From: the human T2T-CHM13v2.0 reference genome, Homo sapiens
DNA length: 64,000 bases
NCBI RefSeq assembly: GCF_009914755.1
Contig: NC_060925.1
Strand: one strand, 5' to 3'
The notes under the pieces are model-generated. The model searched no databases and had not been told where the DNA came from. It was given only the letters and a program-made list of their open reading frames with translations. Shown here in pieces: positions 25,783 to 40,556 of the stretch (positions are counted from its first letter, which is position 1; each line of letters begins with the position of its first letter). Position numbers and translations under genes: made by a program.

Positions 25783-28700
25783 TAAGATGACTGACTAGAG
25801 GCACCCAGAACTAACTCCCTCCACAAAGAAAGGACAAAAACAGCAAGTAGATAATCATGTGGTGAATATGGAATCTAAGAGATTAAAGAGAGTACACTAT
25901 AATTCAGCAAGGAAGTGACAAACACCCTCTGAGGCATGGAAATCTGAGAGGACAGCAAGGAAAGGGAAGCAAAGCAGCCAGCTGGTATCAGCATCAGCGT
26001 GGAGCCAAGAGGGATTTCCCCATTGTGGGAAAAAGATAAGTGGGAGGTCCCTAACAATTCACCTTTCCACATAGATACCTGCAATCCTAGCTACAGGAGA
26101 GCCCCTCAGCCTTCACAGACCCTGAGCCTATTTTAGGGAGCTGCCTGACTACATGCATCTACATTCAGAGAGGGAATTCACATTGGGCCCCCGCTCCATT
26201 CCCAGAACTCTAGCAGAGGCAGCATGGCATCATATTGAGAATGGAGTCACCATCAGACTAGATCCTGTCCTGCAGCCCAATAGTCCCTGCATATCTATAT
26301 CATTAAGGCCCCATTGACATCCCCAACATCCACCCAGAGGGTTTCTTCATTACAACACCAGCCGGACCCAGCATTGCAGTCATATTCCTGGCACCTGAGC
26401 CCATGCAGAGCACTAAACCATGAGGAATAGATGGTCCAGCACATTAGGAAGGTTACCCACAGGATATAGAAAGTAGAAGTGCCTTCTCCTCAGAGCCTGA
26501 GAACTGCTTGCCCAGGGCCATCACCATTGGCAGTGACCTCACCCACTCCAGTGGTGGGGTCACTGCACACCTATATACGCCACCTGAGGACCTGGGGACT
26601 GGTTCACTCAGGCTGCTTCTGCTACTGCCAGTGCCCAGGCCTGCCACCCAGGGAATCAATGACCATGCAACCCAGGACCTTCCACCACTACTGCCTGACA
26701 AACCCACACCTTCCAGGAACAAGGCTGCTGCATTCTTCTGCACACTGTCCAGGGATCCATGACCACTACTTCCAGTGTCCATGTATGCCCACTAGGATCC
26801 CAAGTATTGCAACACCTGGCATCCCTATCCCCAGCAAAGCCATGCCACAGCCTCCACAAAGAAGTGCAGCCTAAGCCACTGAAGGATATGCAGACAGCAT
26901 TGATGTTGATTACAGCCAAAAAAATCATATGGAGACTACACTCCTGCATCCCGCTAGAAACAAAGCCAATGCACCCTGCTCAACCAACACTATAAATACA
27001 TTTACAGGGCAATGTCTTACCATACAAAAGGTACTTGATAAAATTAGAAGAAGTGACTGTTACCCAAGATGTATAGATATCAATGTAGAGACACAAGAAA
27101 TATGAAAAAACAAGGAAACATAACATCTCCAAAGGGACACATTAATTCCCAACAGACTCCAAAGAAAAGAAAATCTATGTAATGTCTGAAAAAAATAATA
27201 AAAATAATGATCTAAAGGAAATTCAGTGAGATACAAGAAGACACAGACATACAATCCAAACAAATCAGGAAAACAATTCACTATCTGAATGAGAAATTCA
27301 ACAAAATAAATAGATATTATAAAAAAGCACCAAACCAAAATCTTGGAAATGTAACATTTAATAAATAAAATAAAAAATACAATTAAGGGCTGCAACAATA
27401 GGCTAGATTGGGCAGAAAAAAAAATTTGGAAGTTGAAGGCAAATCTTTTAGAAAAACTGAGCCAGAGGAAAAAAGAATAAAAAAATGAAGAAAGCCTACA
27501 TGACATGAGATCACATGAAGCAAACAAATTTCCAACTTGGAAATTCTGGAAGGAAAGGACATGGGAAAAGGCATAGAAAAAAATTAATAAAAATAATAGC
27601 TGAAGACTTCCCAAGATGTGGGAGAGATATAGACATACAGATACAGAAAGCCCAAACATTCTAAAACAGACTAAGTCCAAAAAAGATAGCTTCCAAGGAA
27701 CACTGTCAAAAGTCAAGGAGAGAGAGAACTCTAAAAGTAAGAGAAAAGCATCAAGTCACATATAAAGGAATCCCCTTCAGAATAACAACAGATTTCTCAG
27801 CAGACATGTTACAGGTTAGGAAAGAATGGAATAATATATTCAAAGTTTAGAAAGAAAAACAATATTCTATTATTTAGAAATAAAGGAGAAATAAAGGAGA
27901 AATGAAGCTTTCCCTGCCAAGAAAAGCTGAGAGAATTTCTCACTCTTCTTTGTGATAGATCAGCCCTACAAGACATGCTTAAGGGAGTTCTACAACTGGA
28001 AGTAAAAGGATAATATTTACCATCATGAAAATACAGGACAGTTTCAAACTCATTAAAAGAGCAGATACACAAGCAAGAGAAAGGAATCAACTATTATCAC
28101 TACAGAAATCCACCAAATTGCAAAGATAAACAATAAGAGAGACAGAAAGGAATGAAGGTTATGAGAAACAATCAGAAATGATTAACAAAATGGCAGGAGT
28201 AAGCCCTCATATATCAATAACAATGTTGAATGTAAATGGTTTAAATTCCTCACTTAAAATATATAGACTGGCTGAATAGATAAAAACATCCAAGACAAAA
28301 GTATATACTGCTTCCAAGAAGCTCACTTCACCTGTAAAGACAGATACATTGCAAGTGAAAGGATAGAAAAAGATATTCCACACGAATGAAAATGAAATGT
28401 ATGCAAGAATAGCTATACTTATATAAGACAAAATAGATTTTAAGTCAAAAAATTTATAAGTAGAGAAAGAAGATCATTATATCATGATAAATGGACATAT
28501 GAGCTCCAAATGGAACATTCAGAAATATAAAGCAAATACTATTACAGCTATAGGGAGAGATAGACCCTAATACAATAATTGTTAAGAATTTCAATACCCC
28601 ACTCTCAGCATTGGACACAGCATCTAGACAAGAGATGAACAAGGATACTTTTGACTTAAACTGCACTTTATACTGAATGGACTCAACAGATATTTACAGA

Positions 28701-30230
28701 ACATTTCATTCAACAGATGTATAATACATATTCTTCTTATCAACAATGGAACAGTTCTCAGAATAGGCCATATATTAGGCCACAAAATAAGTCTCAGTAA
28801 ATTTTTAAAAATCAAAATCATTTAAAATATTTTCTAAACCACAATGACATCAAACTACAAATCAATAATGAGAAACTTCAGAAAATACACAAATACATGA
28901 AAATAGAACAGCATACTTTGGAACAATCAATAAGCCAATGAAGAAATTAAGAAGAAAAACAACAAAATTTTTGAAACAAATGAAAATAGAAACATGACAT
29001 ACTGAAACCTAATAATATAGCCAAATTAGTACTAAGAGGAAAACTTTTGGCAATAAATGCCTATGTCAAAAAAGTAGAAATATTTCAAGCAAATTACCTA
29101 ACAATGCACCTCAAGAAATTTAAAAAGCAAGAATATATATCCGGAATCTACAAGGATCTCAAACAAATTAGCAAGAAAAAAAATAAAAAAACATTCCTAT
29201 CAAAAAGTGGGCTAAGGACATGAATAGACAATTCTCAAAAGAAAATATACAAATGGCCAACAAACATGTGAAAAAATGCTCAACATCACTAATAATCATG
29301 GAAATGCAAATCAAAACCACAATGCGATAACACCTTACTCCTGCAAGAATGGCCATACTCAAAAAATAAAAAATAAAAAATAATAGATGTTGGTGTGGAT
29401 GCCGTGAAAAGGGAACACTTCTACACTGCTGATGAGAATGTAAACTAGTATAACTACTATGGAAAACAGTGTGGAGATTCCTTAAAAAACTAAAAATAGA
29501 ACCATTTCATCCAGCAATCCAAGTACTGGGTATCTACCAAGAGGAAAAGAAGTTCTTATATGAAAAGGATGCTTGCACACACATGCTTATAGCAGCACAA
29601 TTTGCAATTGCAAAAATATGCAACCAGCCCAACTGCCCATCAATCAATGAGTGGATAACGAAACTACTATGATATAGTATGGAATATGATGGAATACTAC
29701 TAGCTATAAAAAAGAATGAATTAATGGCATTTGCAGCATCCTGAATGGAAATGGAGAATATTTTTCTAAGGGAAATAACTCAAAAATGGAAAGCCAAACA
29801 TTCTATGTTCTCACTCATAAGCGAGAGCTAAGCTATGAGGATGCAAGGCATAAGGCATAAGAATGATAAATGGACTATGGGGACTTGAGGGAAAGGGTGG
29901 GAGGGGGGTGAGGGATAAAAGGCTGCAAATTGGGTTCAGGGTATACTGTTCGGGTCATGAGTGCATCAAAATCTCACAAATCACCACTAAAGAACTTTCT
30001 CATGTAACCAAATACCACCTGTTACCAAAAACCTATAGAAATAAAAAATAAAAAAAAATCAAGCCCCAAATTAGTAGAAGGAAAGAAATTATAAATATCA
30101 GAGCAGAACAAAACAAAATGGAGACAAAGGAAATGAAAATAGCAACAAAATGAAAAGTTGTTTTTTGGAAAACATAAATGAAATCAACAAATAATTCGCT
30201 GGAAAATTAAAAAAAGAACAGAGAGGATGT
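25783..30230 (+). mobile_element. old L1 (L1MA/L1M1-M2 type): 5' UTR, decayed ORF1 and ORF2 endonuclease region, interrupted by L1PB
   Basis: AAGATGACTGACTAGAGGCAC 5' UTR start; C-rich subrepeats at 26450-26880; ORF2 start ATG at 28190 reads MAGVSPHISITMLNVNGLNS; many stops and frameshifts; resumes at ~30059. Confidence 0.85.
29134..30058 (+). mobile_element. 5'-truncated L1PB nested in the older L1
   Basis: ATCCGGAATCTACAAGG...GCTAAGCTATGAGGATGCAAGGCATAAG...AAAACCTATAGAAATAAAAAATAAAAAAAAA. Confidence 0.9.
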
Positions 30231-31424
30231 CATTTAAAACTACATACAAAAATAAGATATTAGAAGAATGTTGACTTAGGTGTTTAGAAACGTCAGCAAT
30301 AAGCAGAGACATTACATGAGCTTCAAGGCTGAATGATTTGGAAAATATATAAAAAGAAGTTTTTGGAAATAGCAATGGAGAGCAAGGCATAGAGATGCAG
30401 GCACTAGCAATTTAAAAGTGCTAGTTCTATGAGCTGAACACGGCAGCATTTGCAACAGAGTTACTGAATTTTAGTGCATTTTTGCAGGAATTATTATATA
30501 CTAAAGTAATTGAAGATTCCGGTTGAGTTGCTTGACTATAAATTGTACTCTCTGAGAATCTATGTACCTGAAATTTAGAGGGTATCTATTTCTATTTTGA
30601 GGAAAATAAAATTCAACCCTGTGGTTACAAAAAATCACTTTCCAATATAAAAAAAATTACTGAACCCCAGGCAATAGTTAGTATGTTAATTACTAATATC
30701 CACAGAGAATTTAGATCAAATTAGATTTAACATCTGCATTGATCAAAGCATAGTTAGCCCAAAGCCATAATTTCTTCACTACGCTGAAAAGTACTGGTTT
30801 ATATTTCACTGCTGTATTTTAAGGGCAGTAAATAAAGAACAAGATGAGACATCACATTTTAATTCCACTAATCTAAGTTGATAATGTTACTGATTAAATT
30901 AAAAAGCAAGCATTACCTATTTAATATTATTTATGAATATATTTTTGCCATTAAGTCTACACTGCTTAAATGTTAATGAAAGTTAATTCAAACTAAAGTA
31001 GTAGTTGAATTGGAAAAATAAAAATAAGCCCCACAGATGGCAAATGAAAAAACAATGCATTTCAATTATTGATTCTTGATATTTGAAACTTCTGCCAGTA
31101 ATTAGTCCAAAATACATGCATAACTCACATCATAATATTGTATATTAAAAAGATTAATACTTGGCTTAACATCCTGAACAAATCACAATATTGAATGAGT
31201 GTCAGGTAACTCTCTTCCAATTATTCACACTCTATATCCAATCCACACTGGAGATTTTGTTCCACTAACTGGGAGAGGCCATCACACCACCTTGCCTTTG
31301 TGTATGCTGTCTTCCAAGCCCTTCTTCACACTGCATTTCTACAGTTTCCTCACATGCCATCTTATGTATCACATTGCTCCAATATCAAGTTTCTTTAGAA
31401 TAAAAGTAATAAACATAACATTTG

Positions 31425-31727
<303 letters not shown>

Positions 31728-34330
31728 TTAAGGTTCTTTTAGATAAAATGAACTTCCCCTAGGAAAATATCACAACCTTGCTTATATATTCCAAATTAGA
31801 ATAATGTCTGAAACATAACAAGTTCTTAGTATTGTTGAATGAATCTTTAAATCTTTAATTTGCCCTTCCTCTATTTTACTTTGCATGCCTAAGAGATATT
31901 AGAGAGTGAAATACTTTTTTGTCCAGCATGATGAAATAGTTTCTACTTCAGGGCTTTTGTACCTGGAACGTTTTATCCCATTCTTTTGGCCTGGCTGGTT
32001 CAGTTTTATCTTTCGTCATAGTGGTTGATCTATTACCTTAGAACCAATCCAGAGACACCTACTGATCATATGAGTTACAGAGATTATTCAAGCTGTATAA
32101 CAAACTGCATTATCAAGTACCGGGTTTCACACTAACATTTAAATTTCATGCATTGAGTTCTTTTTTTCTTATCTATAATTACTCTTTCTGTCAAGGTTTA
32201 GTAAGGTCTGCATTTATTGGCCTCCTATGGATCTAAGTGATAAAGATCTAATAGCTCTAACTGATCCACTTCATGTATGATTTTGGCAATATTTTAATCC
32301 AATGCAGGTTTTCCCATCTAACCTGGTGTAGGTTTGAGTTTCTGCTACCTTTATCTTATTGATGTTTTGTCAAAGAATTTACTGATTAAATCTAAAATAA
32401 ATTTAGTATTATCCTGAGAAAAACTTAATTACAACATAAGCCCACCATAAAAAATACACCAAACATTTTCAATAAAATATTTATTTTGTTTTCCTCCCTT
32501 TGACTTGTTTTATAATTGTTAACACTGAATCTAAACAAGTTGGTTTAGAGAATGATTACAATGCTGCTATGTGATAATTTTAACTCTAAAATGGACACAG
32601 AGCAGTGCAACTTTTCCACCAATGTAGTACAATGTACACGAACATATCTTAAGTACCTATATTCCTTTGACTGAATGGATATTTTGATGTGGAACTACAT
32701 GTTGCTCTATGGCTGTTTATTAATTAAGTATAAACAAAGAATAAATTTACTTAAAATCAGGTAGATAAGGAAAAGGTAAATGCTGATTTTCCTTTATTTA
32801 CTGGAATGTATTTTATGTGAATTCAGTGTCTTTAAATAATTTATATAATAATGGGACAATCAACTTGCTGCTTTTAAGCTGTACAAACACTTTGTAAGGA
32901 AAACTTAAACGATATGTTTGATAGATAATTTTAAATATTATATTTTGCTTCAAAAACTTCCTAATAATTTTAAAGCCAGTATAGCAAAACATATAATTTC
33001 ATAGGTCAGTCTACATTTTACCTGCAGAATTGTGCCAATAAATAGTAGCAAGCCTGACTTAAAGGGTAATTATATGTGGTTACTACAAAAAAAAAAAAAA
33101 AGAAAGAAAGAAAAACAAATAGTGGTGCATTGTTTAAAAGACTGAAAAGTGATGAAAGATAAATATTTCATATAGATTTTGTTAATAATAAATAGCTCAT
33201 TGGACAAACATAAACGTGGATGAGAATGAAATACTAGTATAGATTTAATTGTCAAATTGAGCTTCACAATATTTAAGATGAAAGCATAATAATTATTAGT
33301 TTTCCCATATTGCTTTAGAGTTGGATTTCTTCTCACTCATAGTCATATTTGAAGTTAAAAATAACCTTGTCTGAGCATCACTGAACTTATCCCTCTTTTA
33401 CTGAGGAAAAAATTAGAAAGAAATATTGAGTGAATTGTTTACAATCTGTAGCCAGTAATTTTTAATTTTGATTTGATTCCAGTTCTCCTAAATCTAGACC
33501 CCAAGGGCTTGCATAAATTTTTTGGTGAAACCAGTGGTTTGAATCATATACAGGAATACCACTGGAGAGTTTGTAATATGATGTGTTAAAATTATGAGAA
33601 AAGCCTAAATTTTGTTCTTGTTCTTGTATAGTAGTTTTTCCTTGTTTTGTTTTTGTCTAGCCTAGTTGCAGGATATGTTGCAATGGAAATAATTTGTGAA
33701 TTCAGTATTTTTAAATACTTGTAGAAACCCTTGTAGTACTCAGAAGGAAGCTAGGAATTAAAACATTACCAGTCTAGTGCTACTAATGATTTCACTGGAA
33801 TTAAACAAATCATGACTCTTAATTTACATTCAGATTTTTAAAATTAGGAGCCAGTTAACTAATTTGGGGGCACATGAAAGTACTAAAGTCTACAGATTTA
33901 CCCAGTGCCAGGAAGAGCCCACCTGTTTGTATGGCTGGCTGTAACTGAATGCTCAGTGAGGTCTGTTTTCTTGGGATAACTCTGTAGAAACCAGACAATA
34001 CCTCAGCGTTGCAAACGGGAGCTCTTCACAGATGCTTTTTGTTCTCCTGTCACTGATTTTCAGATGAATATGCAAATAATAACAACTATAAAGTGGTCAA
34101 ATTATTCAAAGACCTTTTGGTTACTTGGATATATAGTTTGATGACTTGCAAATGACTGTGGTTTCACCAAAATTATGAATCAGTGAAGGCAAGCAAATTT
34201 GATTTGTGCCTAACAGGGAGTGTAGCAGCTAGAATGGTAAAGATGGGAACCTAAGAACCCTTCTCTCTCCACACCAGTTTTTAGTAATCTTTATTTCACT
34301 AACTCCACTATTCAAAGAAGTGTAGGCAAC

Positions 34331-34719
34331 TGCTATAAGCTGAATGGGTCTCCTCTAAACTTCACATGTTGACGTCTTAACTCCCAGTACCTTATAATGA
34401 CTATATTTGGAGATACAATCTTTAAAGAAGTAATTAAATTAAAATTAGGTCATGTAGGTATGCATTAATCCACTGGGCCAGAGGACATGTATTCTTATAA
34501 GAAGAGAAGATTGAGAGAGAGACAGAGGGGAGATCATGTGAATACATACGAAGAAGACTGAACATCTACAAGCCAAGGAGGGAGGTCTCAGAAGAAATCA
34601 ACTCTATCAACACCTTGATCTTGGACTTCTAGCTTCCACAACTGTGAAAATATGAATTTCTGTTGTTTAAGCCACCCAGTCTGTGGTACTTTATTATGGC
34701 AACCTTAGAAAACTAATAC
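34331..34719 (+). mobile_element. MLT1 (MLT1B-like) solo LTR
   Basis: TGCTATAAGCTGAATG...CACCTTGATCTTGGACTTCTAGC...TTTAAGCCACCCAGTCTGTGGTACTTT...AACTAATAC. Confidence 0.88.
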
Positions 34720-34971
34720 GGTAACCTGTGAAGATAACAGCAAATAAAATAATTTATTAAGCAATTTATTATTTTTACTAGTACATTGTTAAAAAACCTT
34801 TTTAACCTAGTGATATAGATACTAGAGAAATGAAACAATTTAACTTCTCTTTGGTGAAAACATAATAGGCCAACTGAATACATTACCAAGTCCAAGTAAA
34901 CCAGTTCAGTTTAAATATCTAACAGCTAGCAAAATACTAAAACAGAATGAATTCAAAACCACTCCATATAT

Positions 34972-35061
34972 ATTTCTAGGTGGTGATGAAGCATTTCTGT
35001 ATTTTGTTTCTGATGGTGGTTATACAAATTTATATTTGAAATAAAATTGTATAGAACTAAG

Positions 35062-35103
<42 letters not shown>

Positions 35104-35315
35104 TGGCTGTTTATAAACCTGGTAAAATCTAGAAAAAGCCTGTTCTAATTAATACTATTATACCAGTATCATATTTTGTTTGCTTTCATATGGGACTATA
35201 GTTATGTACACTGTTGCCTTTGGGGGGAGGCTTAGTAAAGGATACAAAAGGAATCTTTGTACTTTTTTTAGAATTTGCTACAATTATTTTTTTTTCAAAA
35301 TACGGAGTTAAATAA
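34972..35315 (+). mobile_element. L1MC/ME 3' end with (CA)n at 35065-35101
   Basis: GGTGGTGATGAAGCATTTCTGTATT...GGTGGTTATACAAATT...CTATAGTTATGTACA. Confidence 0.65.
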
Positions 35316-36894
35316 ATCTCAAATGTAAAACAATGTTTTTTCGTGTGGCATTATCTTTATAAATAGCATATAATCTCACAAGAAAAAGTATAGCTAAAAC
35401 AAACACAACAGCCAAGATAATTGTAAAAGCCAAACATTATTAACATAATTTAAAACTTGTCCTTAATACTCTTTTACCCATGAATGAAAAATATTATTGA
35501 AAAGTTAAGTCAATTATATAATTATTTATCCCATCATTTTTTAACAAATATTTCTTGAAATCGTACTAGGTGCATAGAGTTTAGTTTGTAAACATCATCT
35601 GGGCTGTTTTTTTAAATGATGAGATAGCTAGATTAGAATAACAATAGCAGGAAAATTTAAAAATTGAGGTACTGAGAGGAGTAGCCCTAAGTTTTGACTA
35701 TAAGTAACTATCAGTGAGGATAAATTCATATTAGCAAGCACATAAAGACAAAATCAGACTCTGCTTAGTTATAAAGCATAGCTTATAACTTTATGATCTC
35801 ATAAGCAATTTTTATTGTTAACATGATACAAAGTAACAGCACAGTAAATGTTTTATATCACATTAAATCTTCGTGTGCTTTTAATAAGAAGAATAAAACA
35901 GCTTGAGCTACTAGGAAAATTCTAGTGTTACTTTTATAACTATTTGTAAATGTTATTGTTTTTCTCATTTGTTATCTGTGTTAACTAGATACATTTCTCA
36001 TTTCCCTGAATTTGCTAGCCTCTCTCCCATCACTTTGAAATGATGATATTTTAGCTCAGGAAACAATTACCTTCTATAATATATCATAGAAGTTTACTTT
36101 TGTCATTCATTCATACTAGCTTAACAGAAGAGGACTTCTGCCTTAATAGAAATTCTTAAGAATCATATATTTCAGAAACTATGAATAACATTAAACATAC
36201 ACAATAAGAACTGTTGACAACATATGCAATGAAACATTTTTGGAAGTGTAATTATAGAGAATGCTCTGTTCCTTTTATATTTTGGTTTTCTGCCACTTGT
36301 TTTGCCTTGAGTTTAAAAAATGCTGTTGATCATGTTCCTTTTGTTGTGTTTTGGAAGCCTTTGGAGAGAGAGGAGTGGCGTGCTTGGGAAGTCATTTATA
36401 CGGAAACTAGTATGTGAATTGAAATAGCGCTGCACCAGTTCTCATTTTATTTTTCTGGCCAGTGTTCCTGAATTCAGTAATATGCAATTATAGTAACTGC
36501 CAAAACGAACACTAACTCAATAAAAGAAAAAAAGAAAGAAAACAGCCCTGATATTCTTGCTTCTGAAACATAATCACATAGCTGCATCGAGAAAATAAGA
36601 ATCACTATGTAAAGAACACTAAGGATAAGCCTAAAAGGCCTACTGGAAAATTCTGTGGCAGGCTATAAAGGCTATTTGGACTGTTATGTGTAAAGTAGGT
36701 CAACAGAAACTATTTGACATAATGTGTTTGTGAATATCTCTGAACTGCTTTTTCACACTGTTATGTGTAGACTTTCTTAGGCCAATTTGAATCTGACATG
36801 GAGAGATACATAAACATTTTAAAAAGTGTTTCTAGTTTAGAAATCCTGTTTCACCTTCAGTATCTCCATAACCTACATCAAGGATTATAGTTAC

Positions 36895-37237
36895 TGTATT
36901 CATTCGTTTTCACACTGCTGATAAAGGCATACCCGAGACTGGACAATTTACAAAAGAAAGAGGTTTAATGGACTCCCAGTTCCACATGGCTGGGAAGGCC
37001 TCACAATCATGGTGGAAGGTGAAAGGCAGGACTTACATGGCTGCAGACAAGAGAAGAGAGCTTCTGCAGGAAATTCTCCTTCATAAAATCACCAGATCTA
37101 ATGAGACTTGTTCACTATCATGAGAACAGCATGGGAAAGACCTGCCCCCATACTTCAATTACTTCCCACTGGGCCCCTCCCACAACATGTGGGAATTGAA
37201 GATGAGTTCTGGGTGGGGACACAGCCAAACCATATCA
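36895..37237 (-). mobile_element. THE1B-like solo LTR
   Basis: TGTATT...CACAGCCAAACCATATCA termini; TSD GTTAC at 36890-36894 and 37238-37242. Confidence 0.95.
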
Positions 37238-38773
37238 GTTACTAACAACAGAAAAATGAGTTTTCTCCCTTGTGTGGTCTGGCTGTGTCATTTTGCACCT
37301 TCCAGCACATTTCTAGATCTCTGTAACACTGAGACAAAACAATAGCAATAACAACAACCAATACACCCTAGCATTTTCAATGGAGAGTTTCAACATCTCT
37401 CGTTCATAGGTGGATGCCATTTCATGACATCCACCTCAGAGGTTCAGATATTCTCCACGTTGTGCTTTTTCCTTTCCCTGAAGGAAGACAGACCTTAAGA
37501 GAACTTCTCTCCACTGCATAAAGTAACACCAGTCTGATAGGTCAGTTATATAATTATTTGTTATTAAAAAGAACTTTGTCCACAAAAATAACTCACTTAC
37601 TTAAAAAGTTAAGAAAAGATATTAAATGTAAATATTTTACAAACTTTTGGAAACCATTCTATACAACATAGCGGAAGCCATATCTTGTTGTGAATTCGGC
37701 CCAGGGTCTAATTAAAGTCATGTCCCTAATTTGGGGTCATGACTGGCTAGGGTGCAGGTGAATCAACACACCCTAAGTGCTATTTGCCTTTATTGATGTT
37801 ATATTCAAATCAGGTCACTGAAGAGATATACAAAATTACTTAAGAAGTGTATAATAATTGCAGATATTTGCTTCACTCCACAAGTCTGAAATGCCTCCTA
37901 AAAGCATTGGAACCAGACCATCACCACACTAGAACCACTGCCTGTGAGAACTTAGCTGTTTTTATTTGAGATGACTCAGCAGATGATACCTTCAATGAAG
38001 AAACCAATATTATTTTTATGTTAATTGTGGTCCCATTCTAGCTTCATAAATTGGATTGGAGAGATTTCTAATGTTCTCTATGTTTCTTTCCATGAATATT
38101 TGATAACACTCATTTATATGATAATCAAAGGCTTCTATGTTATTTAAGAAAATATTTTTTCTTCCTTGTCAATTGCATGTAAGGACTGCTTTATAGAGTA
38201 TATGTTTTTCCTCTAGGAAAAAAGTCATCTTTAATTTTCAATTTATTAGCATAAAATTATACGTAATACACTCTCAGAGTTGTATCTATTTATTTTCTAT
38301 CTGAATGTATTTTTCTATTTTTGATTTCTAAGATTGCACGTATTTATAAGTGACCAAATGTACTTGTAGTTTATTACTTTTTGTGCCTTTCTTCCCCAAC
38401 AGATGAGGATTGGGTTTTATTGAACAATATTAGTTTTCTATTCTATTTAAAATTATTTTCTTTTGTCTTTTAAAAGTTCTTCCTACCTTTGAGTTTATAT
38501 TTCATAGTAGATTCTCATAAACTAAATTTACTTTAGCATTAGTTAAATGTTAAATACATATTTTATTTTTTAAATGTACACCTTTTTATTTGTTATGTTA
38601 ATCACATCACACATGTAATATTCTCATTGCAAAAAACTACTTTGAATTTTGATTTTCTTCTTGTCCAAGAATTAATTACAAGTGTATTTTTATTTAATCG
38701 TGAAATATACTTTTAGCTAATATTTTATATTTTAAAAAGTATCAATAGAAGTATGCTTTTAAAAATTATCTGA

Positions 38774-39097
<324 letters not shown>

Positions 39098-39395
39098 TTA
39101 AGACCTAAAACATGGAAAATATCTATTACTATTTCTATAACTGTTTAAAACCAATGCAAATGCTGTTTCTGTGGATATATGATTTCATATGTATCTGTTA
39201 CCTGAAAATTTGCATTTGTGTTAATCAAATATTCTGCACTCTGTGTTGCTATTGTTTACTTATTCCATCATTTCTGAAAAAAATGTGTGGTCAATTTGTT
39301 TTTATACTGATTTTTATTGCTACATTTCATATCTATGTTACACACATGAAGGTCCATGTATATTATGAATTCTAAGTATATTATCTTAAAATAAC

Positions 39396-39673
39396 TGCCT
39401 TAGTCTACTTAGCCTGTCATAACCAAATGCCATAGACTGGGTAGCTTAAACAGCAGAAATTTATTTCTCACAGTGCTGGAGGTTGGGAAGTTCATAAATT
39501 GCACTCTGTATATAAACGGTTTCTTTATATACTAATCCCTTGTGACCTGGACACCATCCTTAGGATCATCGAAACTTAATTCTTCCAAATACCTAATTTT
39601 CAAAAGCATCACATTGGAGATATGGTTTCAACATATAAATTTTGAGGGGACATGAGCATTCAGTCCATGAAAA
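39396..39673 (-). mobile_element. MLT1A-type LTR with an internal deletion
   Basis: CATAGACTGGGTAGCTTAAACAGCAGAAATTTATTTCTCACAGT...TTTCAACATATAAATTTTGAGGGGACA..ATTCAGTCCAT. Confidence 0.8.
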
Positions 39674-40147
39674 CAACCTGAAATATCTTGTTTTATCACA
39701 GTAATCATTTTTCTTTCAATTTTATTTTGCCTGATAATAATATTAACATATTTAAACCTTTTGCAAAATGCATATATTTGTCTTTTACAAGAGAAATTTA
39801 ACGCATTCACAATTACTCTGTTTATTGATTCTTGGACTTATATTACTATTTGATGTTCTGTATTTATATTTTCTTTCTGTTTATTTTTCTGTCCTTTATT
39901 GCATTTATTTTATTAGTTCCATGTCTTTTATTTTACATATTAGATAGCAATATGCATTTAGCTTATTGTTTCTTGCACTTATTCTTGACTTACTAATATC
40001 CTTACTGTTTTTTTACAAATATTTTCAATTAAACAGCATTTATGACTTCATTAAACAAATAATACTATTACCGGGTTTTTTCTTTCCTTTTCCTATGCCC
40101 AGTCATATAAAGATCAAGGAGGGGTAAGCTTTAAAGAATTTTAGAAA

Positions 40148-40556
<409 letters not shown>

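Noticed and set aside
26453-26995. Cluster of overlapping ORFs in GC-richer sequence
   Set aside because: Lies in L1 5' UTR subrepeats, where stop codons are scarce
27060-27716. 218-aa hydrophobic ORF
   Set aside because: Antisense of A-rich L1 ORF1 sequence; the F/L/I richness is a compositional artefact
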